Shown here piece after piece: positions 37,920-50,885 of a stretch of 64,000 nt of DNA (its first letter is position 1; each line of letters begins with the position of its first letter). The notes under the pieces are model-generated. The model searched no databases, was not told the DNA's origin, and saw nothing but the letters and a program-made list of their open reading frames with translations. Made by a program: the position numbers and the translations under genes. The stretch is from Felis catus (Eukaryota), in NCBI RefSeq assembly GCF_018350175.1, contig NC_058368.1, positions 233,556,001 through 233,620,000 of the forward strand, in the 5' to 3' direction.

Positions 37920-38172
37920 CTCCTTCCCCAGGAGGCCTCTCGCTTATGAGGCTCCTCCCCCAGGAGGCTGCTCCCTCATGAGGCTCCACCCCCACAAAGC
38001 TCCTCCCCCAGGAGGCTGCTCCCTCATGAGGCTCCACCCCCACAAAGCTCCTCCCCCAGGAGGCTGCTTCCTCATGGCACTCATCCCCCACAAAGCTCCT
38101 CCCCCAGGAGGCTGCTCCCTCAGGAGGCTCCTCCCCTAGGAGGCCCCTCCCCCAGGAAGTTTCTCCTTCATG
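37920..38172. repeat. GC-rich minisatellite: 16-bp monomer organised into a 48-bp higher-order unit
   Basis: Unit ctcctcccccaggagg/ctgctccctcatgagg/ctccacccccacaaag starts at 37952, 38000, 38048 and (partial) 38096. Confidence 0.95.
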
Positions 38173-38279
38173 CCATTTGAGTTTCTCCTCTTGCTTTACT
38201 TCCAAAGGTTGGCGAGGCATCTGTCTGCCCAACGTCCCCAAACACTGGAGTCCTACGTTCTGCCTCCTCTTTGCTGCTC

Positions 38280-38920
38280 CATCCACGTCTGATGATGGAA
38301 TATCTAGACTGGTCAGCCTGCAGCACACATCCCACATCACTGCCTCTATCACTTCCACCGCTGGTGCCCAGACTAAGCCAGCACCCCTCTTGCCGCAGCG
38401 GTGGCGTCTAACCTAACCTCACAGCTCCGCTCCCCGTCTGCCCATCTCCTCTCAGCGTAGCAGCCACCCACCCCGAATAAATGAAAGTGGGGCTATGTCT
38501 GTCATTTCTTCATGAAGCTCTGCTGGCTTCTCAAATCAATCCGGCCAAAGTCAATGCCCTTATCATCGCTGCCCCAGCCACGCGTGGCCAACCTCCACCT
38601 CTTCAGTGCCATGGCTTGTGTGCTCTGCTCCTGCACACTGGCTTCCTTGCACCTAGACCTTTCTTGCACCAGATGTCCACATACTTAGATCTCACTCACA
38701 TGACTTTATCAATGATAAATGAGCAACATATTCCAGTTTTTTCCAACATATTCCCATATATGTGTGCATGTGTGCATGTGTGTGTGTGTGTGTGTGTGTA
38801 TAATGTTTACTTCTAGCTCATCTTCCCCATTAGGATGCTAATGTCATAAAGGCAGGGATCATTTGTGTTCCCTGCTTTCCCCAGTTTCTAGAAGAAGTGC
38901 CTGAGAGTAATGAATCAACC
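38280..38920 (+). mobile_element. L2 3' remnant with embedded (TG)n
   Basis: ctgcacactggcttcctt, aaggcagggatcatttgtgttc and agtgcctg; (TG)n at about 38760-38799. Confidence 0.55.
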
Positions 38921-39573
38921 CATGTTGCATGGGTATCTTGAACAGATGATGTCTGTTTCAGTATTCCATAAGACTCACAATGCTACGCTCTTCTTTTTGA
39001 GTCCATTTTAACAGTTTTCCTTTTCTTTACTCACCCCATCCTCTGCCTCTGCTCCACCCCATCCTCACTGGTGACCCACAGCCCCAGGGAGGAAGAGAAG
39101 AGCAAACACACTCCCTGGGGTGAGCACAGGAAGATGCAACCCATACTCCCTCACTCAGGCCTTCCCTGTGCAGATGAGGGGAATCCTGGCCAAGGTCAGG
39201 CCGACGACTGATTCTATCAAAACCCCTGGCAAGCCACACTTCCTTTCTTGAGTTGCAGTCCCCGCTCATGGGTTACTTTAAATTGAAGTAACACTCACTG
39301 AGCTCACGAGATAAGAAATGTCTTTGGTCTGGATACTCAAATGCTCAATATTGGAAACTTCTACATATAAAAAGTAGCTTCTGAGGATATTCCAAACCTT
39401 CTTGGCAGAAACTGCTGACAGAAAGAGCATTGTCTGTGGAATATCTGTCACAGTATTTTATTGCTAACACCAAATCTTAGAGTGGCACTTTTATATCAAA
39501 AGATGTCAATCTAATACCTCTCAGCGAGTGTTCTGGACACTCAAGCACATATTTCACTGATGTACCTCATAGG

Positions 39574-39812
39574 TTTTTTCTTTCTTTTTTTCGACTTTTT
39601 TAATGTTTATTTACTTTTGAGAAGGACACAGAGAGAGAGACAGAGCGCGAGTGGGGGAGGGGCAGAGAGAGAGGGAGCCACAGAATTTGAAGCAGGCTCC
39701 AGGCTCTGAGCTGTCAGCACAGAGCCCGACACGGGGCTCGAACCCACGAACCATGAGATCATGACCTGAGCCAAAGTCGGGTGCTCAACCAACTGAGCCA
39801 CCCAGGTGCCCC
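39574..39812 (-). mobile_element. CanSINE
   Basis: TSD acctc(a/g)tag. Confidence 0.95.
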
Positions 39813-41199
39813 ACCTCGTAGTTTTTAATGCAACTTTGCATCTTCCCCAGAGTTATACAACTCAGGAATTTCCCCACTGACAGCAGGCAGCTCAGGTTTC
39901 TGGAATCCAGGATGCTTTGTGCCTTCCTGTCCCAGAGCATCTCTCTGCCTTGAGGTTCCCAGGCCATTACTGCCTCTTGGACTTGGTTTCCCTTCTGTAT
40001 GTTCAGGTCCATGGTCCAGGCAACTCAATTCCAACCCTCCCCCGCCCCACAGAACCCTCGTCAGATCTGGACTTGGTTAACAGGGCTGCACACGTTAAGA
40101 AAAGGACAGTAGATATATTGCTGATAAAATCGACTCTCTCGTGTATGAGTTACAAGCCTTTGGTTTTATGAGTAACAGGCAGGTTCAAAATGAATGCTGC
40201 CCCAGGATGTAATAAGTGAATGCACAGACTCATCCCAGCAGGACAGGGCCAGCTGCTCCACAGCTCTCCCTGACGCTCTGGGCGCTGCTCCTGGTCCCCA
40301 AACTTACCCCCGAATGAGTCGCAATCCACCTATTCATCATCTCCCAGATAGAAAAGGCTTGGGGCCAAAAATATCGAACCAGGAAATCTGCGTAAATAAA
40401 CCCTCAAGCTATGCATTCTTTCTTACGTAACATGGTAAATCATAAAGTACCAGGAGGAGCTCTCTTTTTCATTAAGTTCAACTTTGTAAAGAAAATAAGC
40501 TATATTTTTGCTACTATTTTATAGAGGGGCCTTGGTGTGGTGGTGAGTTCAGCGTCGTACGTAATTAAGGTAGGATTTTCTTGAAGTTGCCTGATCCCTG
40601 ATGAAGCCCAGGATTTCTGTTCAAATTTACTTCATTCCAGGGTTCCTTGCTTCATGATGTTCCTCTATTTTGCATTTACCATGGAAATCTCTATTCAGCT
40701 TACTGATCTGCTGGTCCCCGTGTAATCCCAACGCAGACTTCACAGATGTTACGAAAACAAGTAAGCGGGTTCTTCCTGAAAATTTTACTTATTTTATAGG
40801 GTTTTTTTTTTTTTTTGGAAGCTCTCCAGGTTTTAAATTTTTTTTTTAAATTTTTGCATTATATTTTTTTCTGGTTCCAGGAAGAGACAGACCCTGCATA
40901 GGAAAAGTACACCATCTGCATGGTAAGTGGAGGGACAGCGGCCACTGCAGGAAACCCAAACCTGTCTACTCAGAGTCCTGCCTCCCTCCCCTTTCCTCTG
41001 ATTTTGTTTTCGGTCTTTCAGTAAAATTATGCCTTATTTTCACATAGTTTGTGAGACATCTGTGTGACCCTATTCTTCCATTAGTTTACCAATTACTAAT
41101 GACAAATCTTTTTTTTTTTACTACAGGATCGTATTTTTAATCTTTTTTTTTTAACTATAGGATCTTATTTTTAATTTACCCAAAAAACATCAACTTCCA

Positions 41200-41760
41200 G
41201 TTGGCAGACTTTTCTAGAGTCTTTTCTCATAATCTTTTAAAACGATTTCCAGATGAATTGTATCTGAATGAAAAACAAAATCATATTAATAAACATTTGT
41301 GAAAACTTTTATAAAATACTGGGAACAGAGAAAGCCTTTTAAACAAGACTCAGCCCTGGAGGCAACAATGGAAAAGCGTCGTGTTTAAAAACCCACAATT
41401 TTAAATGGATAGTCCAAGCCACTATAAACAAAGACAAAGGATAGGCTTGGGTAAATGTACCTGCAGCTCATCTAAAAAAATAAAAGCTTAATCTCCCTGC
41501 TATAGATACGACTTTTGCAAATTGAAAAGAAAGAGGACAAATAACCCTGTAGGGAAAAGAAGATTTAAAAAGCTACTTCGAAGACGAGGAAATCCAAATG
41601 GCCAATAACCATGAATATCTTCAAAAGCTAAAAAGATTTACCTCCTCCTGTAATTTTTGAAGATGGCAATGAAACCACAATAAAACCGAATTCCCTTTAA
41701 AATTAAAAAGGGACCACAGATTTAAACAGCAACCATTTGTTTTCAATGTGAATGCTTGTT
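41200..41760 (+). mobile_element. Old L1 (L1M-type) ORF2/3' remnant
   Basis: gaggaaatccaaatggccaataa and aatgaaaccacaa in A-rich sequence. Confidence 0.6.
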
Positions 41761-42054
41761 GTATTACCAGTGTAAAAATATGAAAAAAAATCAATATTGA
41801 AATTATAGAAATAAACTTAATAAGAGTACTGAACATAACAATAATTGAGATGAATTAACAAAAAAAATTAATTAAAACCGTTTAAGTGCCTAGAAGTGAA
41901 AACACCCCAAAGTTTTTTCCATATATAGTAACATCACCACGTCTATCCTGCAAGTTCCTCTGGGCTTCTGTCCACACTGTAACATATATTACTTTCGGTA
42001 GTAATATTGAACTATATTATGGCCCTGTCAAATAACTTTACATATTATTTCACC

Positions 42055-42272
42055 TTTTATTTTTAATTTTTTTTAGTTTATTTATTTTTGCGTGAGAGAC
42101 AGACAGAGTGCAATCAGGGGAGGGGCAAAGAGAGGGAGACACAGAATCCGAAGCAGGCTCCAGGCTCCGAGCTGTCAGCACAGAGCCCGACGCGGGGCTC
42201 GAGCCCACGAACTGTGTGATCGTGACCTGAGCCAAAGTCAGGTGCTCAACTGACTGAGCCACCCAGGTGCCC
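42055..42272 (-). mobile_element. CanSINE
   Basis: TSD tatttcacctttt. Confidence 0.95.
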
Positions 42273-43510
42273 GTATTTCACCTTTTCTGATGATGGAAGG
42301 CAGGCAACACTTTCTTGAACCAGTAAACTATCTTCAGAGAGGAAAATCTTGCTTCCTATACTCTCGAGTGAACTTGCTGTTTTCCCAAATCCAACCCAAC
42401 ACAAAATTCCCAATCTTTTCAGTATGCCTTTGAATGAAGAGAACATAAAGATTCTAGAATGGCTTACAGAACTATACGACTATTTTTAAATCCAAAAGTT
42501 TTTAAAAAGATGGCCACGGATTAAATGCAACCTGATTTTGCAACGGTATGTCCCGAATCGATACTATTCTCTGGTGCATCTGGCAAGAATCGCTACCATC
42601 CTTTTCTGAGAAAAGGAAATTAAATGGCAGAACTCAAAGACTTCCGGTATCAATTAATGATCTCTACTCTTCTATCATTTTTTGCAAGTGTCCCAAATTT
42701 ATCTTTCTCAGGCCTCTCTTTTTACATCATTACCCTTTTGTCCTTCACCCTTAGCTGAAGTACAGTGACCCTCCCCCACCCAAAATGCCTCATTCCCTTT
42801 TCGTCTCATTTCCAACAGTTCCGGTCAGCTTTGATTTTGATTTTCATCGATGGAGTCTAAATATTCCGGCCAGGCTTATCCGTGCCGGCCACAAAGTCTG
42901 CGAGCCAACTGTGTCTGAGCGCCACAGGTGTAGGGAAGGGAGGAACAGTTACGCGACCGAGGAAACTTCTGGAATCAGTTGTGAAAGAACGCATTTAACC
43001 CTGCTGGGCCAGTGCAAACTTCCTTTGATGGTTTTAACGTATTTGTGACATCATGTATGTGTATGTGACATCATGTATGTGTATGTGACATCATGGAAGC
43101 TTCTGGCGGTCCCCGGGAGGGGCAAGATGAAAACCTTTCTCAGGTGCTCGAGCTTCGGGAACACAACTGAAAGGGAACAGCAAGGAAGGCAGGACAGACT
43201 CCCAGGAGGAGCCTCTTTGAGGCTTAGAAAGGATTTCTCACCGCAAAATTACTCACTTAAAACTATCCACTTAAAATTTTCCTTAATGTTAATGACTTTT
43301 GTTTTTTACACTTAATTCTTCATTTGTAATTCATTTGGTTGTTGTTGGGTGAAGGTCAACCATGGGTTTTTTTCCCTCTGCTGTGTAGCCAATTTCTCAC
43401 ACTATTTACTGAATAGCCTTTATCTCATTCACTGGTTGGTGTTGCCGCTTTTGTAACATCTTAATTCTTTATGTGTGTTAGAATCTGTTACAGGGCTCCT
43501 TTTTCTCTTC

Positions 43511-43790
43511 CAGGGGGATTAGCAAATTTATGGGCCACAGGCCAAATCAGGTCTACAGTTTGTTTTTGCATAGCTCTGGAGCTATGAAGGATTTTTTACA
43601 TCTTTAAATGACTGGAAAAAATGAACACAAGAACAAGCAGTTAAGATACCTGGCGATACATAAAATTATATGAATTTTAATTTTCCGTGTCCATAAAGTT
43701 TTACTGAAGCAAAGCATGTTCATTTGTTTATATGTAATCTATGGCCACTTTCGCCCACAGAGCCAAAAATAAGTATGGTCTGGCCTGTGA
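43511..43790. mobile_element. MER58-like hAT DNA transposon
   Basis: caggggga-ttagcaaa...ggccaaatc...ttgtttttg...gcccacagagccaaaaata...tggtctggcc. Confidence 0.65.
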
Positions 43791-43907
43791 TCTGCCAATA
43801 AGGGTAATATTCCGTTGATCTGTCTACTGATTCTAAACCCATAACTGACGAAGCAAATTTTATTAGGTATTATTTCTTGTTTCTTTTTCCACATAAAATA
43901 CAAATTC

Positions 43908-44270
43908 CTGTTATGGACTGAATGCTTGTAACCCCTCCCCTTAATTCCTATGGTGATGCTCTAACCTCCAGAGTGATGATGGTATTTCAAAACAGAGCCT
44001 TTGGGGGTAATGAAAATTTTAACTGACATCAAGAAGGCTGAGTCCCGGTCTGATGCGACCGGTGCCCCTATAACAAGAGATGCCAGGGAGCTGGTCTTCT
44101 CTCCCAACGTGCAAGGAAAGGCCATAAGGTAGCCTTGGAGACAAGTTCCAGGGCTCAACCAGACTGCAACCCTGATCGCTGACTTGTAGTCTCCAGGACT
44201 CCGAGAAGTTAAACTGCGGTCATTCAAGCCACCCAGGTTGAGGTACTGTGGTAGCCTCACACACTATACA
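43908..44270 (+). mobile_element. MaLR solo LTR (MLT1A-like)
   Basis: tgttatggactgaatg...ctaacctcc...gtgatg...gcctttggg...aagccaccca...taca. Confidence 0.8.
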
Positions 44271-46522
44271 ATTACCAAAAAGCGCCCGATGGGATGTCAA
44301 TTGTTGTGTTAACAGCATAAATGAATTTGGTAGGGATTGGCATTGGCCTAATATTCACTGTTTCCACCCAAATATGCCCCCACGCCCTATTTATTTGGAC
44401 TTTTTATGTCTCTCAGGAATGAATTTTAATTTTTCCAAGTGTCTCCTATTTTTCTTATTACTTTATTTGGAGAAATTGTACATTTTTAAACCTTTCCAAT
44501 AGAATCACTTCTAATATGTTTTTCAGACTGAAATAAGCAAAGTCTTATTAGCTTTTGCATTGATTTTAGTCACTTTTCCTGATTCTCTTGGGTTTTTCTG
44601 GTAACAATGCATTATTCGTAATAAATAATAGATACAGAAGAATAATTTTAAAATTCCACTTTTTTCTCTAAATTTCTCTAAATTTATAGGCTATTTTCAT
44701 CACTGTGACTAACTGCACTGGCCAGTATCATCGGAACAATTTAATAAGACTGCTGTATGTCAAGGCCATTGCAGAGGGGGGCACAGGCGGGGGGAGCGAT
44801 TCAACGGACACTTGGATGTTCAATTCCTAATCCATCCTTCCTCTGGGTCCCCACACTTATATTCCCTTTTGGGTGCTCTTTTCCTTTCTCTCCCCTACTT
44901 GTCCAGAACATATAATGGAATCATATTTTTCAGTTGGTTGTCGTCATTCTGAATACCGACTCTATTTCTGTTCTTAATTCAAGAGGACAGGCCACGTCCA
45001 TGCAGTCATGCAGGCAGGCTTTTGACAGCTGGGCACCTGGCCCAAAGTGAGACTCGAGGGGTGCTCAGATGACCTCCACCCCTTTCCTGGCAGGTGCAGG
45101 GAACCTGTTAACAGTGGACACTGGACGAGAAGATGAGGTGGGGGTGGGAAAGACTCTTCATTTTCTTTGCTTCAGCTTTTATTTTTATTTGTTTGTTACT
45201 ATGAATGTTTATCACATTTCTAAGAAATGCCATAAATGAAAGTACATTCGACATAAATGAAAATACAAAATAAAATCGAGACTAAAATGATTAAGTTAAA
45301 AAGAAACCAGTACGTGCCATCTCAGGACCTCACAACACAGCAGGGAAGAAACCACAGGAAGACATCAAATTCGAGATACTGCCCAGGGTTGCCGAAGTTG
45401 AGTTCCAGGCAATTTACGGGGCCATCGCTGGGAGCAGGGACACCCACCTGGGCAGGAGGCAGCGCGAGCTGAGACTTCCCACAGCAGGTGAGTTGAGTCC
45501 CAGGGGATGAAATAAAGTTAGTCATGTGAATAATGTCATGTCGAAGCTGAAAGAGAGGGCTCTGTGCCTCTGCAGGCAAGGGCTTGGATCCTAACTCCAC
45601 CTGCCATGGATTATATAATCCTGGGTAACTCCTTCACTTCGGAGCCTCCAACTTTTCACCTAGAAGCCCAGGGGTGAAGTGACCTGTATCTGTACCTCTC
45701 TCTGTCTATGCATGTATGCATGGGGCTATCCGTCCATCCCCTCCCTCCCTGTCTCCCCTCCCTCCTTCCTTTCTTCCTATCTGACCAAGCTATTCATCCA
45801 TCTATCACTTCTCTCCCTGCAGAGAGCCAGATGGATGTAGATATGGATGTGGCTCTGGATGGACACAGAGCCTCTGTACCCATCCAGGGACAAGCTCAGA
45901 TCACGTTTCCTTTCACGTGCCCACCATCTCATTTCAACGTGACTCTTCATTCACATGCACGTTATGATAACAGATCACCTACTGCAGCCTGCAGACCCGC
46001 GAGGCTACCTGGCTGCAGGCCTTTCTCTGACGGTCTTACATACAGATTATCTCGAACATGTCTGGGCAAATTAAAGACAGCCAGTTAGCCACCTTAACAT
46101 ACCCCTGGGGAAGCACAGCCCCCAAGGCTCCTGTGGCCTGCTCATTTGATTCGTTGCATTCTATGCCGAAAGGAAGCCCTATAGCCAACGTGATGAAATT
46201 TAATTAACTGTACATTTCCTTTCTGTCACATTGGTCAGAATTCACGAAAACACTTAGAACCGCCTGGCACAGATGTGTGCCTGTGCTGAGGAGACCCTGG
46301 GCAGGAAGACAGGGTGGGGAAGCGCCGTGAGTGTGAAAGAAGGTGGCACCGGGGCAGGTCTGCACATGCATCGAACACTTTGACACGGCGTGCTTTTTAA
46401 AATTCCAATTCGGGTTCGCATTTCCACATCACTAACTTGGTGGCACTTTTTTCCTTGACCCCTGAACTGCCTCTAACACCTTGTCACGGATTGGTCCAAA
46501 TCTATGATGCTATTTCGCCACT

Positions 46523-46638
46523 AAAATAAAATAAAACAAAACAAAATAAAATAAAGTAAAATAAAATAAAATAAAATAAAATAAAACAAAGTAAAATAAA
46601 ATAAAATAAAATAAAATAAAATAAAATAAAATAATAAA
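46523..46638 (+). repeat. (AAAAT)n pentanucleotide repeat
   Basis: Directly visible, with AAAAC and AAAGT variants. Confidence 0.96.
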
Positions 46639-47029
46639 ACCAATGCATTGTTTTCCTTCCAAATATAATCATAATCATATCTATTGGTCTTGAAACAGGA
46701 AACATATAAACTGAGGTGTCTGAATCTGGGGACAAGCTTATTCTTGTCTAACACAGCATCAATATAGTATTTTTCTCTCAAAACGAGGTCCGCATTTCCT
46801 CACTTACTATAGAAAGCCTGTCTTTACGTATATTGCGCTATGCGACAGCTACTAGACTGAAAGGTGTTTAGGAAACAATGCAATGAATAATGTGTGTGCA
46901 CTCCACTTAAAAGAGGAAAAAGACACAGTGATAGCAGAGAGTAGATGTTGGGCGCCTAGGACAATCCTGCCAATAAATGCTGGTGTCATTCTTTTAAATT
47001 AAGCGATTTTGGTTTGTGGGTAGGCTCTC

Positions 47030-49140
47030 GTTACGGTTTTTCATCATCTCATTGTGGTTTTAATTCATTAATTAATTAATTGATTGATTGAACTGGAGAC
47101 CCTTTTTAAGTGCTTACGGGGCATTTATATGTCAACCTTTGTGAAACATCTGTTCAGATCTTGTCTCATTTTTGACAGGGTTGTTTTTCTTCATATTGTT
47201 GAACTGTAGGAGCTCCTTCGTATATTCTGGATAAAAGGTTTTTGTCAGACTTGTGTCTGGCAAATAGGTTTCCCTATCTGTGGCTTACCTTATTCGTGTT
47301 CTACCCGGCGTTTCTGATGAGCAAAATTTGCTCTCTTAAGATTCTTCTCTTCCGTGTCCTGCATGAGAAACCCACTGTCTGCGTTAGCCCCAACAAAGAT
47401 GTTCTTCCGTGTTTTCACCTAGGAGTTTTATAGTTTGGTTTTTACATTTAGCTACGAATAGATGATCCATTTGGATTTAATTTCTTTATGATAAGAGGCA
47501 GAGACAGAGGACTTTTGCTTTTACTTTTGGGTTTCTCACGTATATTCGATCATTTCAATACCATTTTGAAGATTTTCGTCTACGAATGAGATTACTTTCG
47601 CATCTCTGCCCCCAAATCCGATGAGCACATTAGCTGGGTCTGTTATGAACTCTGGGCTGCTGTCCCACTGACCCACTGTTTGATCCTTAGGCCAGCAACA
47701 CCCATCCTGACGACTGAAGCCAATCAAACTGAGTAGCTTAACTTTGTTCTACTTTTACACGATCATTTTCCAGAGGACTGAGGAATATCCTAAGTCTTTC
47801 GCATTTCAGTATAAATTTTATAGTAAGTTTACAAATTTCTACGGAAAGCCAGTTGGGTTGGTCATCGGGACTGACTGTATACAGACGGCAATCTTGAGAA
47901 AAGTTCCATCTTAATAATCTTGAGGCTTCCGACGCATGAACACAATACACTGCTCCACTTACTCTGGTCTCTTTGAAACGTCTTCTGGCAATGGTGTAAT
48001 TTTAAATGTAGAGATCTCACCGGTCTTTCTTAAATGTAGGATTAAACATTTTGTTTGCATATGTAGCTGTGAAGGGAATTCTATTTTTACTTTGTTTTTC
48101 CTTTACTTTTATTTTTCATTTTTTTTCCTGCCAGTATAGAAAACTACCACCGATTTTTGTTGAGTGGCTCCGCACCCCTCAAACTTGCTATGTTTGCCTA
48201 TTAGTTCTGATGGTTGTTTACGGGATTCCTGAGGGTTTTCTGGGTAAATAATTGGTCCTCTGTGAAAGGAGACAGTTTTACTTGCTACTTTCTATGTTTT
48301 ATGCCTTGTATTTCTTTTTCTTGCCTCGTCTCACTTGTATGACCCGCAGTAAAATGCTGAATAGAAGGGGGCACCTGGAGGGCTTGGTCGGTGGGGCATC
48401 TGACTTTGGCTCATGTCATGATCTCGTGTTTCGTGGGTTCGAACCCTGCGTTGGGCACTGTGCTTACAGCTCAGAGCCTGGACCTGTTTCGGATTCTGTG
48501 TCTCCCGCTCTCTCTGCTTCTCCCCTATTCATGCTCTGTCTCTGTCTCAAAAATAAATAAACATTAAAAAAATTAAAACAAAAAACTGAATAGAGGTGCC
48601 TTGTTCCAGATCTTAGAGGAAAAGTGCTTAACGTGTGGCCACTGAATAAGGTGTTAGCTGAGTGTTTTTCATATACAGCCTTTTATTGGTCTGAAAGTGC
48701 TTCCTTCTTTTCTAAATTGTTGAGTCTTTGTCATAGAAGGTGTTGCAATTTAACTGAATGCTTTTCCATTCGTTGCCATATTCATATAGTTGTTCTCCTT
48801 TATTCTCTACGTGTGGGGGAATAAATTGGTTAATTTACACATGTGAAACTGACCCTACATTCTTGGGAAAACACAATATAGTCAAGATAGACTGTCCTCT
48901 GTATATATTGGTGGATTTGATTTGCTAAGATTTTAGTAAGGATTTTGCATATAAATTAGTTAGGCATAGGGGTCAGTCACTTTCCTTCTTTTGAATATCT
49001 TTGTTAAATTTTGGTATCCGGAATTATACTGGCCTCATAGAATGGGTTGAGAGGTGTTCTTTCCATTTCTATTTTTTTAAATGGTTTGTGTAAGATTGGT
49101 GTCATTTTCCCCCTAATTACCACCAATTCGTTCAAAGAGG
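47030..49140 (-). mobile_element. Old L1 (L1M-type) ORF2 region, decayed
   Basis: tatattctggata, ttgttccagatcttagaggaaaag, tggatttgatttgctaa and tatactggcctcatagaatg. Confidence 0.8.
48368..48585 (+). mobile_element. CanSINE nested in L1
   Basis: TSD ctgaataga. Confidence 0.92.
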
Positions 49141-49167
49141 ATTTGTCTCTTACTCTTTTTCATTCTT

Positions 49168-49386
49168 CTTTTTTATTATTTTTTTAATGTTTAGTTTTGA
49201 GAGAGAGAGAGAGGGAGCATGAGCAGGGGAAGGGCAGAGAGAGAGGAAGACACAGTATCCAAAGCTGGCTCCAGGCTCCGAGCTGTCAGCACAGAGCCTG
49301 ACGCAGGACTCGAACCCACAAACTACGAGATCCTGAGACCTGAGTCGAAGTCGGACCCTTAACCGGCAGAGCCACCCGGGCACCCC
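49168..49386 (-). mobile_element. CanSINE
   Basis: Full element with TSD-like ctctt(ac/gt)tctttttcattct. Confidence 0.93.
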
Positions 49387-49799
49387 TCTTGTTCTTTTTC
49401 ATTCTATCAGTTCCATTTTCAGTTATTTGTAGCACATATATATCCACCACAGTTCTGTCCTAATGAAGGCACCATCAGATCGTGACAAGTCTAGTAACTC
49501 TCTGGGTCCTGAATGGGATCTTGGGGCGGCCACTGCAACTTTAGGGTGTTTGGGTAGCATATCCCTCACATCCTTTTATCTTCAGCCCAGCTGTCTCTCT
49601 CTATAAAGTGCATCTCTTGCAAACAGCATATTCCTGGGTCTTGGGTTTTATCAATTCCAATAATAACATCCTCTTAGTATATTTAGTCCATATAGTTTTG
49701 TTTTCATGTACCTGAGGAGGCCACCAATTCTACTCTGAGTCACCCTTATTAGAAAGGTTTTTCCCGTCCTCTATTTTTGTTTATTATTATTATTGTTTT

Positions 49800-50100
49800 T
49801 AATTTAAGGTTCCTTCATGTCTTTCCATGACTCGATAGCCCATCTTTTGTATCACCGAATAGTATTCCCTCGTGTGGATGTACCACAGCTCCATTTTCCA
49901 TTCAGTTGCTGATATCTTGCTTGCTTCCAACTTCTGTTAATTATGGACAAAGCTGCTATAAGCATGCATGGACAGGTTTTCATGTAGATATGTTTTTAAA
50001 TTTATTGGATAAATGCCCAAGAGCACAGTTACTGGATTATACAGTGAGATTACAGTTGCTTTGTAACACACTGCCCCCTGTCTTCCAAAGTGGCTACAGC
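49800..50100 (-). mobile_element. Old L1 3' region (L1MB-like)
   Basis: gtggatgtaccacag, aagctgctataagcat and cttccaaagtggct. Confidence 0.7.
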
Positions 50101-50121
50101 ATCGCAAATCATTTCCACATT

Positions 50122-50346
50122 GTTTTTAATGTTTATTATTTTATCATTTTTTTTTTTTTGAGAGAGAGAGAGAAACAGAGCCTGAGCGAGGAGGGACAGA
50201 GAACGAGGGAGACAGAGAACCCAAAGCAGGCTCCAGGCCCCGAGCTGTCAGCACAGAGCCCGCCGTGGGGCTCGAACCCACGGACCGCGAGATCATGACC
50301 TGCGCCGAAATCGGACGCTTAACCCACTGAGTCACCCAGGCGCCCC
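50122..50346 (-). mobile_element. CanSINE
   Basis: Full element. Confidence 0.94.
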
Positions 50347-50655
50347 TCAAATCACTTCTATTAATAATGAACGATCCCTTTAGTAATCTTTTCTGCCAGT
50401 GACAAAGCCCCTCTGCAAGCTTTCCTCAGGTTCTAGGGTTGGGTCCTGTGCGCATTCCCAGACCAGTCCCCCAGAAAGGAAAACAGACCACGGCGGCTGT
50501 CTGGAACCGGTCAGAGTTCACCTGGGGCTGGAGAGGGAGCCACAGCTCCCAAGCACACTGCTGAGTGAAGACGGCACAGGGAGCCAGAGGCGGCTGACGG
50601 AGACACTGAGACGGCCCCCGCCGCTGCCTGACCATTACGCCTCGCCTCGCCTTGC

Positions 50656-50885
50656 CTTTTCTTTTCCCTTTTTCTTTTCTTTCAATTGAGGTGTGATTGA
50701 CATACAGCCCTGTATTGGTCTTAAGTGTACAACATAAGGACTTGATATTTGTGAACTGCAAAAGGATTACCACAGTAAGCTGTTACCATCCCTCACCTCA
50801 CGCAGTTGCCAAAAAACCCTCCTTGTGATGGTAACTTTTAAGATCCACTCTCTCCGCAACGTTCAAATGTATAATGCGGTATCGT
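50656..50885 (-). mobile_element. L1 3' end fragment
   Basis: T-rich tail followed by attgaggtgtgattgacatac...gtgtacaacata...aacttttaagatc. Confidence 0.75.

Noticed and set aside
37915..38358. 147-aa ORF with EGAASWGRSFVGVEPH repeats
   Set aside because: It is open only because the 48-bp minisatellite unit is a multiple of three; there is no exon context or recognisable domain.
37920..43095. CRISPR-like arrays in the short tandem repeats
   Set aside because: The DNA is eukaryotic, the repeats are contiguous without unique spacers, and there are no cas genes.
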